From Candidatus Eiseniibacteriota bacterium (GTDB taxonomy: Bacteria > Eisenbacteria > RBG-16-71-46 > CAIMUX01 > VGJL01), in contig CAWBWI010000006.1 in assembly GCA_963792585.1 (NCBI GenBank), forward strand, positions 352,001-416,000: a DNA stretch of 64,000 nucleotides, written 5' to 3'. A program made the translations under genes and the position numbers. This document shows positions 43,611 through 55,678 of the stretch, piece by piece. Under the pieces are notes generated by a model. The model ran no database searches and had not been told where the DNA came from. It worked only from the letters and a program-made list of their open reading frames with translations. How positions within the stretch are numbered: the stretch's first letter is position 1; each line of letters opens with the position of its first letter.

Positions 43611-44272
43611 GCATCTCCCCGGCGCAGCCGTCGTTCCAGGGCGGCCGACAGACGGCTCAAGACCATGGTCATCGCCAGGTAGAGAAGCGCGACCACCGTC
43701 CACGTCTGAAAGTCGGCGAAGGTCGCCGAGTAGTACTCGCGGCCCGCCCGCGTCAGCTCCCGCAAGCCGATGATCGAGACGAGGGATGAGTCCTTCAGGC
43801 AGGCCACGAAGTCGTTCAGGACCGGGGGAATCACGACCCGCAGCGCCTGGGGCAGGATGACGTGCCGAAGACAGCGGGGAGTGGAGAGGCCGAGGGAGCG
43901 GGCGGCCTCCCACTGCCCGCGCGGAACCGCCTGGATCCCGGCGCGAACGGTCTCGCCGATGTAGGCGCTGTATCCGATTCCGATGGCGAGAACCCCGGCG
44001 GGGTAGCGGTCCAGATTCAGCACCTTCCCGATTCCAAAGTACAGAAAGAAGATCTGCACGAGGAGCGGGATACCGCGAAGCGTGTCGACGTAGCAGGCGG
44101 CGGCGACCCGCAGTGCGCGGATCGAACCCGTCCGCGCGATTCCGACCAGGATTCCCACCAGGAGCGCCAGCAGGAAAGCCCCCAGGGTGATCCGCAGGGT
44201 TTCGGGCACGGCGGGAAGCAGGTAGACGAGGATCCGACCGAGAAGCCGGAGTTGCCCTTCGATCCAGGCCAC
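43607..44272 (-). CDS. Polar amino-acid ABC transporter permease
   Basis: RGIPLLVQ, GQWEAARSLG, LKDSSL. Confidence 0.92.
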   Translation of the reverse strand: MAWIEGQLRLLGRILVYLLPAVPETLRITLGAFLLALLVGILVGIARTGSIRALRVAAACYVDTLRGIPLLVQIFFLYFGIGKVLNLDRYPAGVLAIGIGYSAYIGETVRAGIQAVPRGQWEAARSLGLSTPRCLRHVILPQALRVVIPPVLNDFVACLKDSSLVSIIGLRELTRAGREYYSATFADFQTWTVVALLYLAMTMVLSRLSAALERRLRRGDA

Positions 44273-44275
44273 GGC

Positions 44276-45043
44276 CTAGGGCGCCTCCAGGTTCCAGCGC
44301 GCCCGGAGACCCGCGATCGTTCCGTCCCGATCGAGTTGATCGAGGACCGCATCCACCGCGGCCTTCAGCGGCGCGTCGTTGGGCCGGAAGGCGATCCCGT
44401 ACGACTCCCGGTTGATCGGCTCACCGACCATCCGCAACCCGGGGTGATCCTTCGCAAAGAGCGCGGCCGTGGGCGTGTCGGCGATGACCGCGTCGCACCG
44501 GCCGTTGATCATGTCGATGAAGGCGGCGCTGATCGCGTCGAAGGAGATCACCTGCGCGCTCGCGATTCGATGCGCCTCCCGCTCCCCCGTCGTCCCGAGC
44601 TGAACGCCGAGACGGCGACCCGAAAGATCGCCCGCCCCGCGGATGGGACTCCCCGCGGGCACACAGATCGATTGGCCGGCCATGTGGTATGGACGGCTGA
44701 AGAGGACCTCGCGCGCACGATCCTCCGTGATCGTGAGGGCGGAAATCACCCCGTCGTATTTCCGGGAGCGTAACGCGGCGAGGATTCCGTCGAACGGCAC
44801 GACCACGAATTCGATTCGCACCCCGAGACGCTCGCCGATCGCGCGCATCAGGTCGGCGTCGAACCCGACAACCTCCTTGCCCTGGGTGTCGATCGTCTCG
44901 AAAGGGGGATAGGTGGCGTCCGTCCCGATCTGGAGGACTCCCGCCCGCCGCGCGCGCGCGAGGGTTTCCTCGGGGCGCGAGGAGCAATCGCTAGAGACGA
45001 TGGCGGCGGCCACGATGAGACAGAAGATAGCGGGTCCGCGCAC
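44276..45043 (-). CDS. Polar amino-acid ABC substrate-binding protein
   Basis: DATYPPFE, GFDADL, TITEDR, GVQLGTT. Confidence 0.9.
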   Translation of the reverse strand: MRGPAIFCLIVAAAIVSSDCSSRPEETLARARRAGVLQIGTDATYPPFETIDTQGKEVVGFDADLMRAIGERLGVRIEFVVVPFDGILAALRSRKYDGVISALTITEDRAREVLFSRPYHMAGQSICVPAGSPIRGAGDLSGRRLGVQLGTTGEREAHRIASAQVISFDAISAAFIDMINGRCDAVIADTPTAALFAKDHPGLRMVGEPINRESYGIAFRPNDAPLKAAVDAVLDQLDRDGTIAGLRARWNLEAP

Positions 45044-45086
45044 AGGTGCCTCCCGGTTCGGAGCGTCACGGTACGACAGCCCGGGG

Positions 45087-45131
45087 GAAAAGCGAGGGTG
45101 GGCTCACGGCCGGTGCCGCAAGCCCACCCTC
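45087..45131 (-). terminator. Intrinsic terminator after the M1 peptidase
   Basis: GAGGGTGGGCT/AGCCCACCCTC stem followed by TTTT on the minus strand. Confidence 0.65.
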
Positions 45132-45151
45132 TCGGATCAAGGCACGAAGCT

Positions 45152-47921
45152 CTACCGGAGAATCGTGAGCTTCTGCGTACGCTCCTGGCCCTGCGCCTGC
45201 AGGCGCGCCCAGTACACCCCGGCCGGGACGGGATGTCCCGACGCATCCGCGCCATTCCAATCGAGCGTGTGCGTTCCCGCCGCCATCGGGCCTTCGGCGA
45301 TCCGGCGGACGACGCGACCCGCTGACGTCGAGCAGTTCGAGGCGGACCGGACCGGCGGCCGGCAGCGCGAAACGGATTGTCGTCGCTGCCGCAAACGGAT
45401 TCGGCCGGCTCGGCTCCAGCCGAAGCACGGACGGCGCGGCGGCATCGGTCGCGTCAGCCGGCGGCAGGACCGGCTCGAGGAAGAAGTGCTCGAGCATGTA
45501 CATGATGTTGGTGCGAAGCGCCGCGTGATCCCACCGATACGGGCGTCCGCTGAGGAACACGAACTGCCCGCCGTCGGGGCGGTACGTTCCCCCACCGATC
45601 GGCTCGCGCCAGACCCCGATCCCGCGATTCGGGTTGAAGTTCTGATCGGCCATGTAGATCAGGCGGCTGTCCAGGTGGTTGAACGACATGTTGAATGTGC
45701 CGCAGAGACTCTGCGTGCCCAGCCTCGGGATGTTGGTGAGTCCAGGGTAGCTTGCGACGCAATCGAAGATCGTCGTCTCCGAGATCCAGGTCAACCCCAG
45801 GTAGCTGCGAAGGGGTTCACTCAGGAACGAGGAGCCCTGCCGGGCCATCAGGATCAGGTTTCCACCCACCTCGAGATACGACACGATCGGGCTGTCGAGC
45901 CAGGCGGAAAGATCCCCGTTGAAGTTGTTGCCGACCCAGATGACGTTTCGGTAGTGCCCGATCACCTCGGGCGGGACCGCACCGTGGCCGAGCGGCGCCG
46001 GAAGCGTGTTCGGATAGCCGCCGCCGGGTTCTCCGAAGACGTCCCAGAAATCGATCGAGTAGTCGCCCCAGAAGGCCTTGTCGAGATACGCCGTCGTGAG
46101 CTCGCTTCCGTAGGAACCCCAGTCGACGCCGTTGACGACGAGCACGCCCCGGTCGAATGCCGGGTTCACGATCGGCGCCTGGACCTGCTTGAGAATCCAG
46201 CCGTCCTTGTCGATCGAGACGTTGGTCGGCGCCTCGTCCACGTGGAACTGGTAGTCCTGCGAGGCGAGCGAGTTTTCGACGACAAAGGTCTGCGTGGTGG
46301 TCGCCGTCTGGATCGTCACGTCCACCGGCATCCGGAAGATCTGCCAGGACTGCGTCTGCAACAGGTTCAGGGCGACGTCGAACCCGCCGCCGGCCGGGGT
46401 CACCGTGTAGGTGAACTTGTAGGATGGGTAGTACTCGCCGTAGATCCACTCCTGGAAGAAGTAGTCCAGGTCCTGTCCCGAGACCGCCTCGCAGACGTCG
46501 CGGAAGTTCTCGGTCGTCGCTACCGAGTACATGTACTGGTCGTAGTAGGCGCGCAGCGACGCGAAGAAGTCTTCGTCGCCGAGCACGTGACGAAGCATGT
46601 GCAGAACCCAGGAGGCCTTGTTGTACGAGAGGCTTCCGTCGAAGATCCGGTTCCAGTCGTTCAGGTTCGGAACGTAGATCGTTCCCGGGCCATAGTAGGC
46701 GTTGAAGTTGATGTCCTGGTGATAGCCGCCGATTCCGCTGTTGTGCTCGACCCAGAGCGCCTCACCGTACGTGGCAAAGCCCTCGTTGATCCAGACGTGA
46801 TGGAAGTCGGCGCACGTCACCATGTCGCCCCACCACTGGTGGGCCAGCTCGTGCGCGACGACGGACTCGCCGAAGTAACCGAGGCTCGTGCAGGTCTGGT
46901 GCTCCATCCCGCCGCCCCAGAGGAATTCTGCGTGCCCATACTTCTCATCGAGGAAGGGATACTCGCCGAAGATGCCGGCGTAGGCGCCGATCATGGTCTT
47001 CACCTTCGCCTGGACTTCCTGAACCTGGCCCACATGATCCGGGAAGTTGAAGAACTTGATCTCCATCGAGTCACTCGGCGTGGGGTGGTACCAGTCGGAG
47101 TAGACCGCATAGGGATAAGACGTGATCGATACGAGGTAGGTCGCGATCGGATGCCGCTCGCGCCAGCGGTAGATCGAGTTCGCGCCGTTGTCGGTGCTCT
47201 CGACCAGCTTGCCGTTCGATGCCGTGATGTAGCCGGTCGGGGCGACGACCCGCACGTGGGCCGAATCGGCCTTGTCGTCGGACCAGTCCTTGGATGGCCA
47301 CCATGTCCGCCCGCCAAACGGCTCGCTCAAGGTCCAGACGAGGCTCTGGCCGTTGTACGTGTCCCAGCCGAACGCGCCGCCGGAGGCAGGGTTCCCGCTG
47401 TAGTTGACGCGGACGTCGACCAGTTCTCCGGTGGAGTAGGAGCGGTCCAGGTTGACCGTCAGCACGTCGTTCAGATGGCTGAACGTTGCCGCCACGCCGC
47501 CGGACGTCACGCCGCTGACCGTCATGAGGTTGTCGAGGTCGAGGTCGAGCGTCGTGAGCGGGCCGGAGACGACCGTCGCGCGGGTGAGAACCGAACCTGT
47601 GATGGTGCTGGTCGAGGGATTGACCGTCAGGTCGAGATCGTAGAAGCGCGCGTCATACAAGGCTTGATTGGCCGTGGCCCGGCCGAGGAGTTCCCCACGC
47701 GCCGCTTGCCGCCGCATCGCCTCGGCCTTGTGATAGGCGAGGTAGGGGGCCGTGTCCCGCTCGTCGAGCACCTGGGCGTTCCAACCGGCAAGGGTGGACG
47801 GATAGAGGGTCGGCCCTGCGGTGGAGACCGTCGGGACCATGGCGGCGAGGACCAGGATGAACAGCCCGGTCATGCAGGACGGCAATCGCAAAGAACGCAG
47901 ACGGACGGCGTCGCGCCGCAT
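45152..47921 (-). CDS. Secreted M1-family aminopeptidase with C-terminal FlgD-Ig-like domain (frameshift near 45320)
   Basis: GGMEH, HELAH-x18-E; tail PNPF...DVSGR...WNGADASG..VPAGVYWARL across the frame break. Confidence 0.88.
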
Positions 47922-48261
47922 CGCTCCTCCTCATGGTGAATCCCCACGACCGCGCGGCCCTGTCGCGAACCGCGGATCGTCGATGTCATCGATGCGGCGC
48001 AGGGTCCCCCCTGGCGCGCTGCCCCGCAGGTATCCTTACTATTTTACCATCCCGGTTACCCATACCGAAGGAAGACCCTTCCCGCGACGATTGAATCGGG
48101 CGGGCGGGCTGGGGTAGCGTAGACGGCGGCGCTGAAGCCGGGTTGGCGCCGATCGCGTCGCCGCGGTGAGAACTATGAGGATACCCAAACGTAGGCGTCA
48201 TCGACTCTAATCCTGCCGGCCGCCCGCGCCGGCAACCCAAGTCGAAAAGGAGGCCCCCAAG

Positions 48262-48612
48262 ATGCCCGAAGAGGCGATCACCACCCCGTCCGGACTGAAG
48301 TACGTCGAGCTCGTCGAGGGAACCGGCGCGACCCCCGGAACGGGACAAGCCACGACGGTCCACTACACGGGATGGCTCACCAACGGCACGAAGTTCGACA
48401 GCTCCGTCGATCGCGGGGAGCCGTTCACGTTCCCCATCGGCATGGGGCGGGTCATCAAGGGGTGGGACGAAGGAGTCGCGACGATGAAAGTGGGCGGCAA
48501 GCGGAAGCTGATCATCCCGCCCAGCCTCGGCTACGGCGCCCGCGGCGCCGGCAACGTGATCCCTCCAAACGCGGAGTTGGTATTTGAGGTCGAGCTTCTC
48601 GGCGTCCAGTAG
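48262..48612 (+). CDS. FKBP-type peptidyl-prolyl isomerase
   Basis: [35 protein letters not shown]. Confidence 0.95.
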   Translation: MPEEAITTPSGLKYVELVEGTGATPGTGQATTVHYTGWLTNGTKFDSSVDRGEPFTFPIGMGRVIKGWDEGVATMKVGGKRKLIIPPSLGYGARGAGNVIPPNAELVFEVELLGVQ

Positions 48613-49393
48613 GGCGGGGACGCGAATCGTCGGGACGGTCGCGGCGGCCTGGATCGGCCTGCTCGCGGCCGTCGCCTCCATCGGGGCGGACGACGGCGCG
48701 CTGACCGTCTCCTGCGCGGCCAGCGCGGAGGAGGCGATCGACTCCCTGGCGGCGCGGTTCGAGCGAGGAGCGGGCGGCGCCCCCGTCCACGTGAACGCGG
48801 GCGGTTCGAACCTGCTCGCCCGGCAAATCGAAGCCGGCGCCGACGTCGACCTCTTCGTCTCGGCCGATCTGGAAACCTTGCTCCGCTTGGCGGCGGAGGG
48901 TCGCGTCGACTCATCGAGCATCACGCTCCTTGCGTCGAACCACGTGGTCGCCATCGTCCCCTCCGACCGACCCGTCGTGATCCGCGAGACCGCGGATCTC
49001 GCGGGACCATCGATCCGGCGTGTCGCGATCGCGGACACTTCCGTTCCGATCGGGCGCTATGCCGAGGCGTTTCTGCGCGCGGTGGGACTGAGCGGATCCC
49101 TCGGCCCGCGAACGGCCCGCACGGAGAACACGCGCGCCACGCTGGCCGCGATCGCCGTGGGAGCGGCCGATCTCGGCTTCGTCTACTCGACGGACGCACG
49201 CGCGACCGACAAGGTACGGATTGTCTATGAGGTGCCGCCGGAGGCGATCCCCCCGGTACGGATCGCGGCGGGCATCGTGCGGGGGCACGACGGGCCCCGG
49301 GCGCGCGCGTTCCTCGATCTTCTCGGCGGCCCCGCGGGGCGCGCGGTCTTCGAACGGCTCGGGTTCGGGGCGGCAATCGATGCAGGTCGCTGA
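48584..49393 (+). CDS. modA: Molybdate ABC substrate-binding protein
   Basis: [30 protein letters not shown]; start uncertain. Confidence 0.85.
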   Translation: MRSSFSASSRAGTRIVGTVAAAWIGLLAAVASIGADDGALTVSCAASAEEAIDSLAARFERGAGGAPVHVNAGGSNLLARQIEAGADVDLFVSADLETLLRLAAEGRVDSSSITLLASNHVVAIVPSDRPVVIRETADLAGPSIRRVAIADTSVPIGRYAEAFLRAVGLSGSLGPRTARTENTRATLAAIAVGAADLGFVYSTDARATDKVRIVYEVPPEAIPPVRIAAGIVRGHDGPRARAFLDLLGGPAGRAVFERLGFGAAIDAGR

Positions 49394-50051
49394 GATCCTG
49401 GGGATCGCATGGCTGAGCGTGCGCGTGGCCCTCGCCGCGTCCTTGCTGAACCTGATCCCGGGCATGGCGCTCGCCTACCTCCTCGCGCGCCGCCGGTTTG
49501 CGGGTCGCTCGCTCGTCGAGGCGATCATCTCTCTCCCGCTCGTCCTGCCTCCCGTCGCCGTGGGCCTCGTCCTGCTCCTGACCTTCTCGCGCCGCGGCCT
49601 TCTGGGGGGCGCCCTCGAATCGGCGGGCATCCCGATCCTCTTCACGTGGCGCGGGGCCGCGATCGCCTCCGCGGTGATGTCGTTCCCGTTGCTGGTCCGC
49701 GCAGCCCAGCAGGCGTTCGCGGAAGTGCCCGCGCGGCTCGAGGAGATCGCCCGCACCCTCGGTGCGACGCGGCTCCGAACCTTCTGGAGCGTCAGCCTCC
49801 CGCTCGCGCGGCGCGGCGTCGCCTACGGCCTTCTGCTCGCCTTCCTGCGCGCCATGGGCGAGTTCGGCGCCACGAACCTCGTCGCCGGGAACATCCCCGG
49901 CCGCACGCGGACCCTGTCGATGGGCATCTACAGCGCCGTCCAGGCATCGCGCGACTCCGACGCGCTGGCGCTCGCCGCGGTCTCCGCCGCGGTGAGTTTG
50001 GTCGCCGTCGTGCTCGGCGAGCGATACCTGCGCGCGAGACGATCGGCATGA
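49380..50051 (+). CDS. modB: Molybdate ABC permease
   Basis: LPLVLPPVAVG, FLRAMGEFGAT, AGNIPGRT. Confidence 0.92.
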   Translation: MQVAEILGIAWLSVRVALAASLLNLIPGMALAYLLARRRFAGRSLVEAIISLPLVLPPVAVGLVLLLTFSRRGLLGGALESAGIPILFTWRGAAIASAVMSFPLLVRAAQQAFAEVPARLEEIARTLGATRLRTFWSVSLPLARRGVAYGLLLAFLRAMGEFGATNLVAGNIPGRTRTLSMGIYSAVQASRDSDALALAAVSAAVSLVAVVLGERYLRARRSA

Positions 50052-51115
50052 TCGCCGCGAGCGAGATCCGGCTCGAGCTTTCCCTCCCGGGCTTCCGGCT
50101 CGATGTCGCCGCATCCTGGGAGACCGATGCGGTCGTTCTCTTCGGACCCTCCGGGGCGGGCAAGAGCACGGTCATCGAGATCCTCGCCGGCGTGCGGCGC
50201 GCGGATCGAGCCCGCATCATTCTGAACGGGACGCCGCTCGAGGACGGGAAGACCCGCGTGCCCGCGGAGGCCCGCGGGATCGGGTGGGTTCCACAGGATG
50301 GGTCGCTCTTCCCCCACATGAGCGTCGCGGAGAACGTCCGATTCGGCGCGTCGCGCGCCGCGAATCCTTCGGGGGTGGCGCGTTCGATCGAGCTCCTCGA
50401 GATCGGGCATCTTCTGGACCGGCGGCCGGCCGATCTCTCGGGGGGCGAACGGCAGAGGGTCGCCCTCGCGCGGGCCCTGGCTTCGGGTCCGCGCGTCCTC
50501 CTCCTGGACGAGCCGCTCGCCTCGCTCGACCTGCCGCTTCGCGCACGGATCTTTCCCTACCTGATCCGCATGCGCGATGAGGCGCGCATCCCGATCGTCG
50601 CCGTTACCCACGATGCGAGCGAGGCGATGGGGCTCGCGCGCCACGTGCTGGTGATGGACGCGGGCAGGGTAGTCGCCTCCGGGCCGCCGCACGAGTTGCT
50701 CCGGTCCCCCGCCGCGCTGCGGCTCCTCGATCTAGTGGGGCTCGAGAACCGGCTCGTCGTCGGCGAGGTGGGAAGCGCCGCCGAACGAGGGGTCCGGAGG
50801 ATCCGGACGAAGGGCGGCCTCGATCTCACGGCTCCCGAGTCGATGCCGATCGCCGCCGGTCGTGTGGTTGGAATCCGCGCCGAGGACATCCTGATCGGCG
50901 CCGTCCCGCCGCGCGGTCTCTCGGCGCAGAACATCATCGAGGGTACGGTCGAGGGCACGCGGGCGATCGAGGGTCGCGTTCTCGTCTCCGTTCGCTGCGC
51001 GAGGGAGACCATCGAGGCCGCCATCACGCCCCATGCGATGGAGCAGCTTGCGATCGAGCGCGGGCGGACCGTCTGGGTGATCTTCAAGGCTCTTGCGATC
51101 CACCCACTCAACTGA
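50048..51115 (+). CDS. modC: Molybdate ABC ATP-binding protein
   Basis: GPSGAGKS, LSGGERQRV and a C-terminal TOBE domain. Confidence 0.9.
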   Translation: MIAASEIRLELSLPGFRLDVAASWETDAVVLFGPSGAGKSTVIEILAGVRRADRARIILNGTPLEDGKTRVPAEARGIGWVPQDGSLFPHMSVAENVRFGASRAANPSGVARSIELLEIGHLLDRRPADLSGGERQRVALARALASGPRVLLLDEPLASLDLPLRARIFPYLIRMRDEARIPIVAVTHDASEAMGLARHVLVMDAGRVVASGPPHELLRSPAALRLLDLVGLENRLVVGEVGSAAERGVRRIRTKGGLDLTAPESMPIAAGRVVGIRAEDILIGAVPPRGLSAQNIIEGTVEGTRAIEGRVLVSVRCARETIEAAITPHAMEQLAIERGRTVWVIFKALAIHPLN

Positions 51116-51177
51116 GAGGACGTGCATCGCCCGGATCCAGCGCGCGGCGGACCTCTGCGATTCGTGCGTAGTCCCGC

Positions 51178-51381
51178 CTAGTCCCGGGAGAGGACGATCT
51201 TCGTGCGCGGCCCCCGCGGGTGGGCCGCATCGAAGAGCCGCGCGAAGTAAACTCCGTCGGGCAACTCCTTGCCCGCATCGTCCCGCCCATCCCAAGCGAA
51301 GTGGGTCGCGCCGACCGGCAAGCCGCCGGCCGCGGGCAGGGCGAGCAGCCAAGTGAGGATCCGCGTCGAATGTCGAAGCAT
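51178..51381 (-). CDS. 67-aa ORF: signal-peptide-like start joined to the C-terminal half of a FlgD-Ig-like domain (possible gene remnant)
   Basis: GAGGAGG SD; WDGRDDAGKELPDGVYFARL. Confidence 0.55.
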   Translation of the reverse strand: MLRHSTRILTWLLALPAAGGLPVGATHFAWDGRDDAGKELPDGVYFARLFDAAHPRGPRTKIVLSRD

Positions 51382-51581
51382 CGGGAACCTCCTCGCGGAT
51401 CCGGCGTTCGTAACGCGCAGGTGGAGCGTGCGATTCGGTCACGCTTGCGACGAATCTACTGCATTTCACTTCGCCCGAAGGGCGTGATTCATCCCTCCTG
51501 TGCTCTCTGGTAGATTGAATGGGACTCGATCCGGGTGAACGTCGCCGGCCCGCCGGCAGTCCGAGGATGGGGAGGTGCTCG

Positions 51582-52853
51582 ATGCGAAGGAGAAACTGGG
51601 TCATCGCCGGAGTCGTGGTGGCGATCCTCGTCCTTGTCGCCGGGTTGGTGTTCAAGCCATTCGGTCGCAAGCAATCGGTGAGCTATCGTACGGAGGCTGC
51701 GCAACGGGGAGAGATCAACGTGCAGGTCTCCGCGACGGGCACGCTGAATGCCGTGACGACCGTCCAGGTCGGCAGTCAGGTGAGTGGCACGATCGCGGCC
51801 CTGAACGTCGACTTCAACGACCGCGTGAAGCGAGGGCAAGTTCTCGCACAGCTCGACCCGACGTTCCTGAAGGCCCAGGTCGCCCAGGCGGACGCCGATC
51901 TCGACCGCGCGCGCGTGGCGGTCAAGCAGGCGGATCGGGACTACGCGCGGCAGAAGCCGCTGCGGGAGCAAGGACTCGCCTCGCAGGCGGAGGTCGACGC
52001 GCTGGAGAGCACGCTCGACGCGGCGAAGGCATCGGAGAAGTCCGCGGAGGCGGCGCTCGAACGGGCGCAGACGAACATGCGTTACGCGACGATCACTTCC
52101 CCCATCGACGGGATCGTCGTCTCGCGCAACGTCGACGTGGGCCAGACCGTGGCCGCGTCCCTTTCGGCGCCGACGCTCTACACGATCGCCAACGACTTGA
52201 CACAGATGCAGCTCGAGGCATCGGTCGACGAGGCCGACATCGGGATGATCGTGACGGGCCAGAAGGTCAGCTTCACGGTCGACGCGTATCCCGACCGGAT
52301 GTTCCAGGGTGTCGTGCACCAGATCCGGCTTGCGCCGCAGACGATTCAGAACGTCGTCTCCTACACGGTGATCGTCCTGGTGGAGAATCCGGAACAGAAA
52401 CTGCTACCGGGCATGACCGCCAATGCGACCTTCCTCGTCGATCAGGCAACCGACGTGCTGAAGGTTTCCGTGGCGGCCTTGAAGTTCAAACCCGACCAGG
52501 GGACCCGGAGCGGGCCAAACAGGTCGGGAGCGCAGGCTGCCTCGGGGGCGGGCGCTCGGGCGGGTGCTCCGCCCTCCGGAGTCGGTTCCGGGGCCGGCGC
52601 GGGGCGCGCCTCGGCCGGCGCCGCGCAAGGCGGCCCCGCCGTCTTCGTCCTCGACCCATCCGGCAAGCCGAAGCGGATCCCCGTACGCACGGGGTTGAGC
52701 GACGGCACGTCTGTCGCGGTCTTCTCCGACTCGTTGAGCGAGGGGATGCCGGTCATCATTGGCTTCAACTCCGGCGCGGCCGGTGGGGCATCGCAGGGGA
52801 CGGTCAATCCGTTCATGCCGGGCGGAGGGATGGGGCGCGGTGGACGCCGCTAA
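51582..52853 (+). CDS. MacA-like periplasmic adaptor subunit
   Basis: VQVGSQVSG, ITSPIDG, GQTVAASL, VDEADIG, LLPGMTA. Confidence 0.9.
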   Translation: MRRRNWVIAGVVVAILVLVAGLVFKPFGRKQSVSYRTEAAQRGEINVQVSATGTLNAVTTVQVGSQVSGTIAALNVDFNDRVKRGQVLAQLDPTFLKAQVAQADADLDRARVAVKQADRDYARQKPLREQGLASQAEVDALESTLDAAKASEKSAEAALERAQTNMRYATITSPIDGIVVSRNVDVGQTVAASLSAPTLYTIANDLTQMQLEASVDEADIGMIVTGQKVSFTVDAYPDRMFQGVVHQIRLAPQTIQNVVSYTVIVLVENPEQKLLPGMTANATFLVDQATDVLKVSVAALKFKPDQGTRSGPNRSGAQAASGAGARAGAPPSGVGSGAGAGRASAGAAQGGPAVFVLDPSGKPKRIPVRTGLSDGTSVAVFSDSLSEGMPVIIGFNSGAAGGASQGTVNPFMPGGGMGRGGRR

Positions 52854-53568
52854 CCGTCCGGTGATCCGGGGCGCCGATCTCGTCAAGGTCTACGGCGAGG
52901 GCGATGGTCGCGTGGTGGCGCTGAAGGGTGTCGGAATCGAGGTACACCCCGGCGAGATGGTTGCGGTCATGGGCGCGTCCGGCAGCGGGAAGTCGACCCT
53001 GATGAACATTCTCGGCTGTCTCGACCGCCCGACGTCGGGCACCTACGAAATCGATGGCGAGGATGTCTCCGGGATGTCGCGCGACGAGCTGGCGACCATA
53101 CGGAATCGCAGGATCGGGTTCGTCTTCCAGAGTTTCAATCTACTCGCGCGGACGAGCGCCCTCGAGAACGTCGAGCTGCCGATGATCTACAGCTCCCTCG
53201 CGGGCGGGGCGATCGCGGACCGCGCGCGCGGCGCGCTGGCCCGCGTCGGCCTTGCGGATCGTGCACACCACGCACCGAACCAGCTCTCGGGAGGACAGCA
53301 ACAACGTGTCGCGATCGCGCGCGCCCTGGTCAACGAACCGTCGCTGCTTCTGGCCGACGAGCCGACGGGCAACCTCGACACGGCAACTTCGGAGGATGTG
53401 ATGCACGTCTTCCAGGAACTCAACGATGCCGGCATGACGATCCTCCTCATCACCCACGAATCGGACATCGCCCGCTTCGCGAAGCGGATCGATCCTGCTG
53501 CGCGACGGGCGCATCGTCGAGGACCGTCCGGTCACCGATCGGACACGGGCCGCGAAAGGAGCGGGTAG
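52840..53568 (+). CDS. MacB/LolD-like ABC ATP-binding protein (frameshift near 53490)
   Basis: GASGSGKST, LSGGQQQRV, ADEPTGNLD. Confidence 0.9.
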   Translation: MDAANRPVIRGADLVKVYGEGDGRVVALKGVGIEVHPGEMVAVMGASGSGKSTLMNILGCLDRPTSGTYEIDGEDVSGMSRDELATIRNRRIGFVFQSFNLLARTSALENVELPMIYSSLAGGAIADRARGALARVGLADRAHHAPNQLSGGQQQRVAIARALVNEPSLLLADEPTGNLDTATSEDVMHVFQELNDAGMTILLITHESDIARFAKRIDPAARRAHRRGPSGHRSDTGRERSG

Positions 53569-53571
53569 CCG

Positions 53572-54793
<1,222 letters not shown>

Positions 54794-54850
54794 AAACCGG
54801 ACCCGCCGCCCCATTTGCGGAGCCGTTGCCGGCGAAATCGCCGACGGGGA

Positions 54851-55678
54851 TCACGCGCGCGCGGGGCGGCGACGCTTGAGAAACCAGTGCGTCGTCCGCG
54901 CGAACCCGTACCCCAGAAAGAGCAGCAGCGCGATGACGGCGCCGGATGGCAGGTCGAGCAGGTAGGAGACCGCCATCCCGGCAAGGACGGCGACGACCCC
55001 CACGATCAGGGAGACGATCTGCACACCGACAAATCGGCGGGAAACGAGGAGAGCGAGAGCCCCCGGCACGACCAGTAGGGCGGAAACGAGGATCGCGCCG
55101 ACGAGTTTCATCGCCGCGACGACGTTCATTGCGATCAGGGCGAAGAGAAGCATCCGCAGCGTTTCGACGTGTACACCCTCGACGTGCGCCAGATCCTCGT
55201 GGAAGGTCGCGGCCATCAGGGGCCGTGAGAGCGCGATCATGCAGATCACCGTGAGGGCGCCGATCACCCCGCTGAAGATCAGGTCGTTCGGCAGAACCGC
55301 GAGGATGTTCCCGAAGAGGAAGCTGAAGATGTCCTGGGTGTAGCGCTCGCGCAGGGAGAGACAGATGACGCCCACCGCCATCGAGGCGGCGACGAGCAAC
55401 CCGATTGCGCTGTCCTCCGACAGCTCCCCCTTGCGCGTCCAGAACGCGATGAAGACGGCCAGGATTCCCGCGAAGACGGCCCCCCCAAGCGTGAGCGGCA
55501 GTCCGAGTAGGATCGCCACCGCCGCCCCCCCGAACGCGGCGTGCGAGAGGCCGTGTCCGGCGAAAGCCATCCGGCGAAGGACCACGTACGGCGAGAGCAA
55601 TCCGCAAGAGATCGCGGTCAGCAGCCCGGCGAACAGCGCGCGGCGAAGGAAACCGAGGGCGATCCAGTCGTGCAGCAT
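54851..55678 (-). CDS. znuB: Zn/Mn ABC permease
   Basis: VVLRRMAF.GHGLSHAAFGG, FLFGNIL, KLVGAILVSALL. Confidence 0.88.
   Translation of the reverse strand: MLHDWIALGFLRRALFAGLLTAISCGLLSPYVVLRRMAFAGHGLSHAAFGGAAVAILLGLPLTLGGAVFAGILAVFIAFWTRKGELSEDSAIGLLVAASMAVGVICLSLRERYTQDIFSFLFGNILAVLPNDLIFSGVIGALTVICMIALSRPLMAATFHEDLAHVEGVHVETLRMLLFALIAMNVVAAMKLVGAILVSALLVVPGALALLVSRRFVGVQIVSLIVGVVAVLAGMAVSYLLDLPSGAVIALLLFLGYGFARTTHWFLKRRRPARA

Noticed and set aside
44913..47939. 1008-aa ORF on + and similar long antisense ORFs
   Set aside because: Shadow frames of real genes in high-GC DNA with no recognisable motifs
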